Assembly: GCF_009914755.1 (NCBI RefSeq)
Contig: NC_060929.1
Source of the DNA: the human T2T-CHM13v2.0 reference genome, Homo sapiens
Length of the DNA: 64,000 nt
Reading direction: 5' to 3' (one strand)
In this document: in pieces, positions 1 through 13,514 of the stretch
Layout of the letters: every line of letters begins with the position of its first letter
Position numbering within the stretch: position 1 is the stretch's first letter
Program-made: the position numbers and the translations under genes
Notes under the pieces: generated by a model
Database searches by the model: none
What the model saw: the letters and a program-made list of their open reading frames with translations, nothing else
What the model was told of the DNA's origin: nothing

Positions 1-124
1 GGGAAGTGGTGGGAATGGAGGAAGCCAGGGTGGTCTCACCACTGGGCCACCCTGCCCACCTCCAGGTGGGGTGGAGGCTGCTGTGTGCTGGCAGTGCAGC
101 ATCAGGGCTGCTCCCAGTGCTCTG

Positions 125-230
125 TCCTCCCTGGCATGGCCAGGCCTCCCCGACCCCTCCTCCCTGGCATGGCCAGACCTCCCTGACCCCTCCTTGCCGG
201 CATGGCCAGGCCTCCCAGACCCCTCCTCTC
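125..230. repeat. 33-bp minisatellite, about 3 copies
   Basis: GGCATGGCCAG recurs at 133, 166 and 199 (period 33); unit approximately CCCTGGCATGGCCAGGCCTCCCCGACCCCTCCT. Confidence 0.9.
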
Positions 231-1221
231 TGAGTGCTCAGTCTCTCCTTTGCTTTGCTTTCCTGAAGAAAGTGCCTTGGAAAGCCAGCTGTGAAAGGGA
301 TGTTGTTACAGAAATTTCCTTAAATCTGCTGTGAATCTATAGAGATGGTAAATCATTCCTAAATGTTAGTACTTAATTTTAGTCACAGATTTAGCCTCCT
401 GTTAATAAAAAGGAACCCCAGAGTGAAAGTCAAAATGTGTGTTTTGATCAGGGTGCTCTACTGCATTACCTTTTCCTCCCTTAGAGGTGGGGGTGACAGA
501 GGGACCATGTCACGGATGAGGAAACAGAGATGTGGGGGAGGTTATTTGATCACTAACATTGCAGTGGCAGGAATAATGGTTTGCCACAGTCTCCAGTGGA
601 TGGAGTGCATTCATTTTGGTTCTGGGGCTGCCTTGGCTCTCTGAGTGGCCTGGACCACGGGCAACAGGTTGCCAGCCCAAAGAGTTCCCCTCCCTGCCAG
701 CATGGCCAGCAGTGTGGATGCTGACGTTTGGGGCAGTGAGAAGTACTAGCTGTGTGGCCCTGGTAAGTCTCTGCCTCTTGGGCTTGGTGTGCCCACCACA
801 GCCTGGAGGATCTGATGTGGGTGCCCACCAGGCCCCGACCACTGTGACAGACAGCACAGGTGCAGTTCTGGGACCTCAGCAGGCCCGGGAATGCAGAGAG
901 GGCCTCAAGGCTGCCGGGTTTGGCGGGTACATCAAAGGCGGCATGGGTGAGGGCCTCCAGTAGGGCTTAGGGGCTGAGGGGTCTAAGCCCCCTAAACGTG
1001 GGGGTTCTCTCTTCTTTCTCCAGGGGCCCTGCCATTAGTCCAGAAGCCTCTTGCTCAGATTTGCAGTCCAGGCCTGCTGCTGTTCATCCTTGAGGCTGGC
1101 AGGTGTGCAGGCCCAGCGTGTTTTAGGGGCTGCAGGGCAGGGAAGGGCAGGGCATATGACTGACTCTATGTCTTCCTGTCCTCCTGGCCTGATCTGCTTC
1201 TTCATGGCAGGGCAGGGGTCA

Positions 1222-1710
<489 letters not shown>

Positions 1711-3828
1711 CTGTTTCTATTGCTGTGAGCAAACCACGGCAGATCCTTGAAGGCTGGGATCTCTGTCTTTAGACATGCGGGCTGGGATTAGGGGGCATTA
1801 CAGAGCATTGGGATGAAATTGTCCAAATGGAACACCCAGTCCGTAGTAACAACAGCCTTTGCCCAACTCCTCTGCCTAGAGCCAGCACACCTCGGCAGAG
1901 AGCCCCAGGAGAGGTAGCCGGGTCTCTCTGAGGCTTGCTGCTTAACTTCTTTAGGAGCTGACCACAGGTTTTTCCAGTTGTGGTTTAGGAGGGTCATGGT
2001 CCTCCCGAGGGGCTGGGGGTCTAGGGGATCAGCTTAGGGTGAGAGCCAGCCTCATTGAGTTGTGTGATCTGCCTCACCCTGCTCAGGCTGTCAGGGGAAA
2101 TGGCCATGCTGGCCATTGGGACCTCAGCTTTTTAGAGGGGGCTTCCTGTGGCTCAGCCCCCTGTCCAGTGGAGACAGTGACCACATTTTCTTCCCCAACA
2201 GTCCAGTTCCCCATCGCTGTTCCTAGGACAAGGTTTTGCACCCTCATCCTAGAGGATGCTGGAGTGAGGCTGTGGGCCTGCAGAGTGGAGATTTCCAGGC
2301 CAAAGCCAGTGGCTTACTCTGCCCAGATGATCTGGCCCTGGCTGTGGAGAGAACGGCAGTGTGAGTTTTGGTAGCCACCTTCTGGGGCCATGCCCGCCAT
2401 GCAGAGAAGGCCTGCGTGGGGCAAGAGCGTCACAGGAGCTGGCCGGGCTTCTTCACTTTGCTGGAAGGCCACCATTGTTGCAAGGTGTTACAGACGGAGA
2501 GTCAGAATTTCACACAAGTCATGGCTGCTGAATACCTGCCCACCTCCTTTGTCTCTTGTGGGGGCTGCATAGGGGCTCTCGGCTCTGCGTGTTGCTTACA
2601 GAGCCTCTCTGCTTTGAAGATGCAGACTTAGCCTCCCTGGCCCCGGCAGGCAGTCTTTAATCCCTCCTTTGTGTCGTCACTGGTTGGGGTGAGAGTTCAT
2701 GAAGGAAGAGAGTACGCGGGCTATGTAATTAAGTCGCATGCTTGGCACAGAGACCTGGTTTTAATGCACGTATCTCATTTGCTGGCTTTTCCAGGCCATT
2801 GTCCCTAGCCCGGGCCCATGGACTAATTACAAGGTGTGGGGCTCTGCGGTGGTTCTGTGGGCCCTGGCTGGTAGTGCTGAGTTGTGCCTGCTCTCAGGCT
2901 CTGTGCTGGCTGTGCTGCAAGGGGACATTGTCCACCTGCTGGAGGTGGCCTCAATGATAGCTCTGCTGTGACCGGGTCATCACTGGGGGAGATGTCTGAA
3001 TCCTCCCAAGCACTGTCAAGTTGGGCTGGCTTCTGAGATGGGCTGCAGCAACCCGTGGAGAAGAAAAAAAGGCAGAATGGGGAACAGAGCTCCCACCAGG
3101 GCTCTGCGGTAGGTGTGAGGAAGTGCATTCCAGGAGGTGGACTCTCTCCGTTGGTCGTGGTGTGGTCGTGGTGCAAGAGCACTTCTGTGGAGCTGTTGCT
3201 GTCAAACACACCTGCTGAGCCTCTCTCTTTGGGGCTTTGTGGTCCTGCCCCTGCTCCTGGTCTTTGGACTGTGGAGGGGACTCTGTTGTTCCTCAGAGGC
3301 AGATACAGATGTTGCATGTGGGACTTGCCATCAACAGCATATCACGGACGAAGAGCCCACTATGTCCAATCCCCGGTTGTGGTGCATTACGGTAATGAAG
3401 TGTGGATCCCCAGCTCTACAGAGGGGCGTGGGTGTGCCACCCACATTCGTCACATGCAGGGAGCCCCACTGCCGTGAGCATACCGTACAACAAGAGCAGC
3501 TCTGGGGGGGCCTGACTTTGGTTCCCAGTGAGTATGTTTGTCACCACGTGGATTGCACTACACGTCGCCTGCTGTTTTACTTGCCTTAGATTTAGAATAG
3601 ATTTGAGGGGATGGTTTCGATGACTTATTTCTTCAGAAACAGTATCCACCACGTTTTGAATAATTTTTTAAAAATTTTTCTTAGAGTTGTCCCCAGGAAA
3701 CAGGAGGTATTCAGGGTTATTTGGCTCCCGAGTGTGCCTGGAGTGGAGGAAGCTAGGAAATGCTGCGTGGAAGTGCCAATAACAGCTTTGCCATCAGCGT
3801 TTCCTCTCCAGAAAAGTGGTGGGGTAAA

Positions 3829-4020
3829 TAATAGCTAACATTACTGAGAGCCAGACTGTGCCAGGCTCTCCTGGGCCCTTGATGTGTGTTATTTTAATCA
3901 TCGGTCAACGTCTTGAGGTAGGGACTATTAGGAAACCTATGTATAGGTGAGGAAACTGAGGCAGGGAGACGGTGATGTGTCTCATATCACACAGCGAGGA
4001 GGTGATGGTCCCGGATTGGG
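3829..4020 (-). mobile_element. MIR SINE remnant
   Basis: Reverse-complement MIR core: AATAGCTAACATTACTGAG...TGTGCCAGGC...GGTGAGGAAACTGAGGCA. Confidence 0.75.
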
Positions 4021-4894
4021 AAGGGGGCTGTCAGCTGCCAGACCCTCTCCTGTCTCCACCAGGAAGGGCTGACCAGCATCCTCACTTGTGGCCCCTGGTT
4101 CCCCAGAGCCACAGAGGGAGTGTGCAGGGGCAGACTCTGGCCACGTTGGCCAGGATAGGTGTTGTGGCTCCAGAGAGGGAAGCCCAAGCAGAGTCCTCTC
4201 TACTCTGAATCCACCTGACCACCAGGCCCAGCTTTCCTTCCCCGTCCCCTGTCTACCTGCCTCCAGCAATATCAGGTGCAGCAGGACTCCGAGAAAGCCT
4301 TGAGAGTGGAGACTAACTCTGTTTTAAAACCATGAGCCCCGAGGCTCAATCCAACAAGGAGCAGTTGGACCCTACAATGTGCAGAAGGTATTCCTGCCTG
4401 TGAAATGGCTGGTGAGCTGTCCCCATGCCAGATGACAGGCACTGGCGGTGTTGTGGGGAGGCCCTATGACCTGTCAGTCACACAGTGGGCTGCTGTGTGT
4501 GTCTCAGAGAAGAGCTGCCACAGACACAGGGCAGGCCCCACCAGAGAGCCGTGTGAGTTCTGGGTCCCGCATGGGTGAGCACCTCTGCTGAAGCAGGCAG
4601 ACTCTGTCTGGGATCTGTGGTCTGCGTGGGAACCCTGGCCTCACTGAGCCAGGCACAAGGTCTTTTTCCGGCCATCTGCCCCACAGGACCCAGCCCAGGG
4701 CTGCTGTGGGGCCTCAGTAAATGCTTATTCCACATACTTATTTTGGAGTTCAATGAAAAACAAATGGTGGACAATCCCTGCTCTTGCACAGTGGCTAAGT
4801 TCTCAGTGGACTTTGATGGGCAGATCCTCTTCATCCTCACAGTGGCCCAGCAAGAGCACCCCACCTCGCATGTTCTTGCCAGCCTACCCTGTCC

Positions 4895-5140
4895 CTCAAG
4901 CCTCTGTACCTTTGCACATGTGGTTCCTTCTGCCTGGCCTGCCTAATACCTACTTGGCCTTCAGCTGCTTGCAATAGGATGTCTCTCCTCCAGGGGCTTT
5001 CTCTGATCCCCACAAGCCTGGGCTTGGTGGAGTGGTCTCAAGGAAGCAATGATCACACTGTGCAAAATGGGCAAACAGGCAGTTCCACCTCCCTCAGAGA
5101 CGAGGACTGTCTTGTCCTTACTGTCATGTCCCTAGCATGT
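4895..5140 (+). mobile_element. L2 LINE remnant
   Basis: CCTTTGCACATGTGGTTCCTTCTGCCTGG and downstream L2 3'-like sequence; boundaries approximate. Confidence 0.5.
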
Positions 5141-5159
5141 CATATGATAATAATGAGTG

Positions 5160-5340
5160 ACAACAATAATAATGATGACAATAAGCACTCAGCCTGTGCC
5201 AGGCACTGTGCACAGCATTTTTCCAATGTTTACCTATTTACTTCTCATATCAGCCCTGTGAGGCAGCTACTCTTCTTATTGCCATCTGGCATGTAGGACA
5301 CAGGCATAAAGTGTCTAGCTCGGGCGATCTGTCGGGGCTG
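5160..5340 (-). mobile_element. MIR SINE remnant
   Basis: TGTGCCAGGCACTGTGCACAGCATTT...CAGCCCTGTGAGG, reverse MIR 3' half. Confidence 0.65.
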
Positions 5341-5514
5341 CTCTTAACGCTAGGCCAGACCACATCTCCGGGGTGCTCCGGAGTATGTGATCCGTATCTA
5401 GTCATTTTGTCTTTTTTGTCTCCCTCTTCACATGAGGGCCAAAGGTAAAGGGTGAGGGGCTTGGCTAAGGGCATGTGACTGGTAGGAACAGCAGGGGTCT
5501 CCAGACCACATTAG

Positions 5515-5625
5515 GCCACAAGCTCTTTGAAGGCAGGGACTTGGACCAGTTTGTCCTTCTGTGTGTCACTGGCTTTTGGCTTGGAGCCCGGGGCATAGAA
5601 GGTGCTCATTCCCTGTGAATGACAT
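5515..5625 (+). mobile_element. L2 3'-end remnant
   Basis: AGCTCTTTGAAGGCAGGGAC...GGCATAGAAGGTGCTCA resembles the L2 terminal consensus. Confidence 0.5.
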
Positions 5626-7802
5626 CCAGGAGTTTTTGATTTCCTGGCAGTGACATCCCTAAATCTCACACCAGGAACCCCTGCGAAGAGGTGTTTGGGT
5701 TGATGGCTGTCAGAGGTGGCCTTGGCAGGCAGGGACAGCAGTCTGGGGGTGTGAGGCAGAGGGAGGACCACCATGGGATACACCCATGATCCTGTCTCTG
5801 GCCTCCTGGAGGTGACTCTGCCCCTCAGATGGGGCCCTGAGTTCACCTTGGTCTGAGAGCAGTCCCGTCTGGGAACACCTGCAGGCATCTGGGGCTGGAG
5901 ACTTCCTTGCAGTCCCCTACAGGAAAGGAGGTGCCTATCTCAGAAGGTTAGGCTTTGTTTTCCCTGCAGCCTGGAGTGAGCTCCTCTTCGGCTGGGAGGC
6001 CCCTCCCATTGTGAGCAAACATGGGCTCTGTAGGAGGTAGCATGGTGGTATGGCCTTTTGTTGGGCACACCTGGCTCAAACATCTTGCGGGCTGGGAGTG
6101 ACTCTGTCAGTCCCTCCTCTCTGCATAGCAGCACGGAGTCGTTCCGAACATTCTCGTTTGGGCTCTGACAGCTGTGTCAGCTGCTGGCCTCACTCACAGG
6201 CAAAAGGCACGTCGAAAGTAAGGTTTAAACCTGTTACTTGCTGCCGCCTTCCTGCCTGGCTGGGTCCTGTTGCCCTGGCCCCAGCTGCACGTCTGTTCTC
6301 TGCCTGCCTTAGTGCCAACATCCAAGGCCCAGCTCACCATGTGTTTCCCCGTAGCCCCTAGACATAAAATAACACCCCGTACTACACGCACTTTCCTCCA
6401 GAACCCTTTATAAATAGTCGTTAAAGAATTAGAATCACCGGGTTAAGTCAGTAATACCAGATGCCCTGGGTGGCAGGGAGAGGCACACTGACCACAGCGA
6501 GCTTGGACCGCCTCATCATTTGTGCCAAGGTCAGCAGCAAGCCAGAAAAAGGGCAGATCAAAAGTTGCTGTCATTGGCCCTTGAGCCTAGAATTGAGAAA
6601 TCCATAACTGAGCTGTTCAATGAAATTATTTTCAATAATTCTCTTTTGTGCTAGTAAGTCACGTCGTCTTCTGAAAACTCAAGCCTTGTTCACCTTAGGC
6701 TTGTTATTAAAATAATAATTGGAGGTATTGTCTCCTCTTTGTAAACTAGCAGCACAATGGCTGTTAAATAGAAAAGAGAACTGTAATTTATTTTAAGATT
6801 CAGGGATTTTGTATTTGCAAATAGGCAGCAATTATGAAATGAATACTGTAATTATAACCACTCTGGAAAGATGAATGAGGTGGTAACTAGCTGAGATGTG
6901 TTTTCTGGTTAGAAAATATATTATCTCAGTTCTGAGCAAAATCTGCTGGGCTTCCTGTCCCTGGGTTTTTGGGCGCTGAATCAGAGAGTGATTAAAAGCC
7001 TGGGAAAGCTCCCTCTCCCCCTGATTTGCTGAGGGAGCAATGCTGCCCTTTCTCAGATGAGCGGGGTGTTCTCTCAGAAGTCAGGCCGGGTGAGGGGCTC
7101 AGCAGGAAGACTTATAGCCAAAGCCAGAGAGGGGAAGTTGTCCACTCTGCTCTCTTCTTTTGTCACCAGTGACAGGGCTGTGTGGCCTGTCCCCGGCCGC
7201 GTCAAGCTGGCTGAGCTGTTTCCTCGAGCTGTGCAGAGCTTCCCCTCACTTGGTGTCTCCCCTGGGCTCTGCCAGATCAGACCCCTTGCTGGAGATTCAT
7301 GCCCTGGAAAGCATGACCCTTCCTCCTTATTTCCCTTTTGGGGAATAATCTGGAACCCATGATTAGATCCCTCAAAATCAATTATCTTTATCTGGTGATG
7401 TGTTTTTCCAAGAAACACTTCTAATGTTTGACTTTCTGCAGGGCATCCTTAGAAACATCTCAAGACTTGCTGGATGTTTGAAGGTCTCTCTGGATTCCTA
7501 GCAGGTGGTCTGATGCTCGAAGGTTTCCCACAGCTGGATGGGAGGGAATTCAGGTATGCTGAACATTGACATCTGACTTGTCTGGAGGAACTCAGAGACA
7601 GAAAATAGGACCTAGTGTTACAATTCACAGGTCTCTTTACTCAGCGTGGACCCAACCTCAGGATCCTGTGGCTCTTTTAATAGATATCTCAGTTGGAGCC
7701 AAGGTTTAAATATTTGAGAAAAATGAGACTCAACACAAGTGTGAAGTGAAAAGGACATTGCTACCTTGATTAAGAAACAAATCAGCAAAAGTAAAATTCC
7801 TT

Positions 7803-7905
7803 AGTAGACAGTCAGCTCCTTGAGGTGAGGATGCGTCTGCTCTGTTCATTGCTGCTTCCCCAGCTCCTGGAACAGTATCTGGCTCAGAGAGTCGGTGGAT
7901 AAATA
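7803..7905 (+). mobile_element. L2 3'-end remnant
   Basis: TAGACAGTCAGCTCCTTGAGG...CTGTTCATTGCTG...CCCAGCTCCTGGAACAGTATCTGGC...ATAAATA. Confidence 0.6.
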
Positions 7906-8297
7906 GGAAAAAACCTCAATAATAACTGGGTTTGCTTGAAATCTTTCCTGTTGGAAACGCATCCTGGATTTGTGGTTAGGGCCCAAGCTCTCCTGGAAAA
8001 CCCTTCTTCTTTGGAGAAAGCAAAAGGACCTGTGCTCCCCAGGTAGACCTCCCAGTTCTGTTGCCTGGGAGGTTGTGGAAGCAATCCTGCTGATTTTTCA
8101 GGGTGCTGATTTAGTGAGGATCATGTTGTGGGTGGTTCTTCCATACTTCCCAGTCTCTTTGAGTAGTATTGGCATCAGTGGCCTAATGTGAACATTAGCT
8201 GGGGTTTCTGCCTTAGTCATGTATGTCTAAATGTGTATGTATTTGTTTATGTACACAAATAGCAAAGATCAATATATTCTGAAAATTTAAAGCATAC

Positions 8298-8377
8298 TTT
8301 TTTTTTTTTTTTTTTGAGAGACAGAGTCTTGCTCTGTTGCCCAGGCTGGAGTGCAGTGACGTGATCTCGGCTCACTG
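8298..8377 (-). mobile_element. Severely 5'-truncated Alu (about 60 nt of right arm plus tail)
   Basis: Poly-T then GAGAGACAGAGTCTTGCTCTGTTGCCCAGGCTGGAGTGCAGTG...CTCACTG; flanked by AAGCATAC(A)TTTT on both sides. Confidence 0.9.
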
Positions 8378-9799
8378 AAGCATACATTTTGAGAGTACCG
8401 TAACAGGGTATGTTGTACTGTTTGCTCATCTGAGATCATGTCAAATATGCAACTAAGCGCATGTCGGTCATTTTCAGGGATGCACATGGAGTTTGTGTGT
8501 TTTCCACGGATGTGTTAAGCCAGAGCACTGGATGCAAGGCAGCCGGGTCTCTTGAATACAGAATAGGACTGTGTGTGTGTGTGTATTTGAACCCTTCTTG
8601 GTCCATGGAACTTGTGCTCTGAGGCTGCAAATCAGTATGTCTGTATTTCCTCTTTAAATTGGACTTCTAGAGAAGAATTCCTATCTGGGGGTTAAATAAC
8701 TGACTTGGCATTGATTGGGACAGACCTGGTCTTCTGTGGGTGTGGCTGACCCTAGGCGTGGACATGGGAGTCTCTGAGAGGCTTTGGATGAGCCTCCTCC
8801 ACCCTCACACCGACCAGCTGCTGACCCTGGGTTCTTAGGGTCTCACTGCCCCATGAGTTCTGGTAGCAGAGATCAAGGTCTCCAAGCTTTTTCCTTCTTT
8901 GCAGTTCTCACTCTGGGCTGGCGTGAGTGCTCCCAGTGAGGGGCCTGTAGACCCATGGCTGTCTCCTCTCCAGGGCAGATGTACTGCCAGAGCAGAGGAG
9001 TGGTTTCTGAACACCCAAGCTGTGGCTGGGCTGAATGGTGAAAATAAACACACACACATCCTCTCAGTCACCCGGCTCTTTTCTTCTCCATGGGAGTGCT
9101 CAGGGTTTCAGCATCACTAATATGCCTATTGTGGGCCCAATAAATGGGAAAGAGGCATTAACAGGCTGCAAGGCCTCACGGTGACAGAAGCTGCCTGCAG
9201 AATGTACTGCGGGTTCGGACTGGGGTGAGTCACCGCCAGCCTGGGAAATGCACTGGTGATGATGGATGGCCGGGGTGCTCGGATGCGCCCCTGACAGTAT
9301 TTGCACAAACAGGGAACTCAAACGAATGGGTTTTTTGAAGAGCTTATATAAGTCAGTTGGCAATGCACAGATACCCAGCTGTGTGGCATGACAGGACAGG
9401 GCTTTGCGTTCCTGTTCAGAAACAGGTGACTTTCAGAACCAGTTTGCCTGTGTCAGGACTTGAAATGGTTTGCTCTGCGCTTCTGTTGTCATAACCCCCC
9501 TTTTCTCTTTGCCTTTCTCTTTATAAAAACTTTCTTTGCAAAGGGATTCTCATAACTGGAACAGTAGGGCTACTGTTGCTTCCAGCAGCTGCCCAAGGGG
9601 TTTGCTTTTCTTTGGGACTCTGACTTCCTTGAAAGATGCATCAGGGAGGGAGCGGCAGGTGTGTGTGGCTGGGCGCTCTGAGAGGTGGTGGGGGGAAGGG
9701 GCAGGAGTTGGGGGGCATTGCTGGAAACGAACTTTACCACATTCCTGGGGTCATCTCTGGTGTCTATCCTGGCTGTGGGGTGTAGAATGGACACAGAAT

Positions 9800-10025
9800 A
9801 ACCTCACATCCACATAGCACTTTGCCAGTCCCTGGCAAGTAGGAGGCATCTCATTTGCTCCTTCCATCAGCCCTGCTGCAAGGTAGGCAGGGCAGGGGTT
9901 GTTGTCATTTATAAAGATAACAGAGTCAGACAGGAGTTGGTCCTTGCAAGGTCCCCCAGCAGGCCAGAGCGGGGCAGACCTGGAATACTGATACAATGCC
10001 TTTCAGTCCCATTCCTTACTGCCAC
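9800..10025 (-). mobile_element. MIR SINE remnant (old)
   Basis: CATAGCACTTTG...ATCTCATTTGCTCCT...CCCTG...AGGTAGGCAGGGCAGG...AAGGTCCCCCAGC, reverse MIR-like. Confidence 0.5.
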
Positions 10026-10455
10026 GGTCCCAGCCTGCTCTAGCCCTCTGTCCTACTGGCTTCCTGGAGGTGCAAGGGGCTGGTACGTAGGGCCTTCTGA
10101 AATGTGGAGCCTATAGTTTGAGACCACATCGAAGTGTGGACCACACCCCATTGTTGAAGCTAGGGCACCAGTCCCTTACTCCCCTGGTGCTGTGGGACAA
10201 GCTGGTACTGATCCAAACCTGCTCACATTGCACCATTGATTCTTTCGATCACTATTGAGATTAAGAAAATCATTAGCTACAGAGGCAGCCTCTTGTCCAA
10301 GATTTTGTTCTAGATTTATCATTTATTTATAAGAAAAAAGTTTTTACTTATTATAAAGTAGTACATGGTTATTGTGGAAAGGCAGAAAATATGAAGAAAA
10401 AATATTCTAATGATCTCACCACCTTTGTATGTAAAACAAAGTGGGATCATGCTAA

Positions 10456-10773
10456 TTATTATTATTTTTTTAGATGGAGTCTCGCTCTATCACCCAGGCA
10501 GTGGCGCGATCTTGGCTCACTGCAGCCTCTGCCTCCCAGGTTCAAGCAATTCTTCTGCCTCAGCTTCCCGAGTAGCTGGGATTACAGGCACATGCCATTA
10601 TTCTCAGCTAATTTTTGTGTTTTTAGTAGAGACGGGGTTTCACCATGTTGGCCAGGCTGCTCTTGAACTCCTGACCTCAGGTGATCTGCCTTTGAACTCC
10701 TGACCTCAGGTGATTTCACCAGCCTCAGCCTCCCAAAGTGCTGGCATTACAGGCGTGAGGCACTGTGCCCAGC
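10456..10773 (-). mobile_element. Alu (AluSx-like) with internal duplication (period 29) and 8-bp deletion
   Basis: Antisense Alu; TTGAACTCCTGACCTCAGGTGAT at 10663 and again at 10692; CCCAGGCAGTGG lacks TGGAGTGC. Confidence 0.93.
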
Positions 10774-11390
10774 AAATTATGTAACATTTTTATAACTCCA
10801 GTTTTTCGTCTTATTTTATTGTGAATGCCTGTGACTGTCACTGAATAGTCCTAAACAACATCATCTCTAGGGCTGCAGACTATCTTCTCATTGGTTGGAA
10901 CCTAGGCTGCTTGTAACTTCTGTTTTCCTCAACACTGGCAGTGAACAACCTCATGGCCAAATCTGCTCACATTTATTCTTTAACAAATATTTGTTGGGTG
11001 TGAGGCATGTTTTCCGTGGGATAAATTCCTGCAGGTGGATTTGGTGGGCTAAATCATGTGTTTTTAAAGTTACTAAATTCATGGTAAAAAGTTTCAACAG
11101 TACAGAAGGGAATATAGTGAGAACTTGAAGACTTCTCCATCCTCTACTCTCTAAAATAACCACTGCTAATTTCTTAGTTATCCTTCCAGAAGTTGTGCAT
11201 GTGTGCACGCATGCATGTATGTGTGTACCTTTTAAGGACAAATTGATTCATAACTTTCATAACAGTATGAACAATGATTTTTCTATTTAATAAGGTGTCC
11301 TGGGCAACTTCCCACATTAGCATGGCAGCTTCATGACATAGCTGTACCAGTCTCTTATCAATGGACTCTTTTAAAAAAAATTACAAAGCA

Positions 11391-11668
<278 letters not shown>

Positions 11669-12434
11669 ACAAAGCATTTTTTTAAAAATGCTTCAGTGAA
11701 CATCCTTATGTCTTGGTGTAGTTGCACAGCAGAACTGGAGAAATGCTAGGAGCAGAATTGTTGAGTTGGAGAATTATGTCCATTTACAGTTTTTATAGCC
11801 ATTGCTAAATCAGTGTGCATGTTTTATACTCTCATATATGTCAGCAAATTATTTTACAGGAAGGCTATATCTACCCCCTTACCAGCAGAGTCTAAGAATG
11901 TCTTTTTCCCCACATCTTTCACTACCACCGTGGATTATAAATTTTAAAATATCTATTTATTAGGTAAAAAAGAAGGAATTTGGTTTTTGGATATTAATTT
12001 GCATTTCTTCTGTTATTAGCATGAGGTCCTCCCTGCAGCTGAGATAGTGCTTCCTAGCAAACACCTTGCAGTGAGCTTGGTCCCAAGCCTTCTGACTAGC
12101 CTCGTCTCCCCTGGGAGATTGCCTTGTGTAACCCAAGGAAGTGTCCCCACTTCTGATACTTGCCTGTGGTTTGCTTTTGCTTCTGGAATTTGATTCTGGT
12201 AAGAGCCTGCTGACTTTCTGGTAAGGGACCTCCTGGCGTTGTCTTTTTATTCAGTGTTATCATCCTTTCAACTTGGTGACTGCTCCACTTACCCCCACAC
12301 CCTCCTGACTTCTCAGTCCTCTGGTGCCTGAGGTCATAAGATGTAGTTAGCTCTGGCTGTGTTTGAAGGAGGGTGGAGATGGAGCTGCCCTGCCAGAAGG
12401 CAAGCCTTCAACCTCTTTCTGAAAAGTAGATGAG

Positions 12435-12635
12435 GACTTGTTGAGTCCTTACCATGCACCAGGCACTATGCTAGCTACTTCACATATATCTCTCCAGGAA
12501 TCCTCCCAGCGGGCCTGGAATGAGGGCCACATTACCCCAGCTTGCACAGGTTCAGAGTGGTTGAGGAACTTTTCCAGAGTCACAGAGCCAGCTGGTGGCA
12601 GAGCTCAGAGCTAGTTGATTTCAAGGCCTGTTCTC
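12435..12635 (-). mobile_element. MIR SINE remnant
   Basis: TTGAGTCCTTACCATGCACCAGGCACTATGCTAG...CCAGAGTCACAGAGCCAG...GGCAGAGCT. Confidence 0.7.
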
Positions 12636-13265
12636 CTTCCACCGTTTTATGCTGCTGAAGACAGGCAGACCCTCAACTCACACCTCTTAGGAGTCTGGAA
12701 ACCCACCACCAGAGAAGATCTGTTAATCAAGATTGAAAGGGTGCTTCACACCTGGTGCAGGCTGCAAGGACACCTTCAGGGCACCAGAGAACATCCCCAC
12801 TTAACAGCAATGGTGACTATCATCCCAGCCTCACTAGGTCCAGGCTAGCTAGGTCTCTCTGCAGTTCCCAGCCAAGGATCCCAAAATGAGCCTCTGGAGC
12901 ACAATCATATCATACCAGGGAGAGTCCTGTTTCCCATGGGGCAGATCCTGCAGGGCCAGACGTGCCCACCAGCAAGCGTGGCCAAGGCTTCTAGCTCAGG
13001 AAGCAGGCAGAGGACCTACTCACAGGCTTTCAGCTTTCTGGAATGGTCCCTCCCTAGCCTGGGGTTGATGGGGCCACACCTCCTCATGTGTCCTCTGGGT
13101 GACATTTTATTTTTTAAAATGAAAACATGTTGGAATTAGTTATTTTAGCATTTATTTTCTTAAATTTCTAAAACTTTATTTTTTTCTGCTGATACTCACT
13201 GTAAAAAGTCCAAATAATATAGTGACTAATATAGTTAAGTGCTCAATAAATATTTGGAGAACAAC

Positions 13266-13514
13266 GTATTAGTCTGTTTTCACACTGCTATAAAGAAATA
13301 CCTGAGACTGGGTAACTTATAAAGAAAAGAGGCTACATTGGCTCATGGTTATGCAGGCTGACAGGAAGCATGGTGCTGGCCATTTGCTCGGCTTCTGAGG
13401 AGGGCTCAGGAAACTTACAATCATGGCGGAAGGGGAAAGGGAAGCAGGCTCATCTTCCATGGTCAGAGCAGGAGGAAGAGAGAGATGGGGGAGGTGCCAT
13501 ACACTTTTACACAA
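13266..13514 (-). mobile_element. MaLR LTR, partial (MSTB-like)
   Basis: GTATTAGTCTGTTTTCACACTGCTATAAAGAAATACCTGAGACTGGGTAA...CTCAGGAAACTTACAATCATGGCGGAAGG. Confidence 0.85.

Noticed and set aside
12020-12340. Possible old ERVL/LTR remnant
   Set aside because: The resemblance is too vague to assign without a Dfam search
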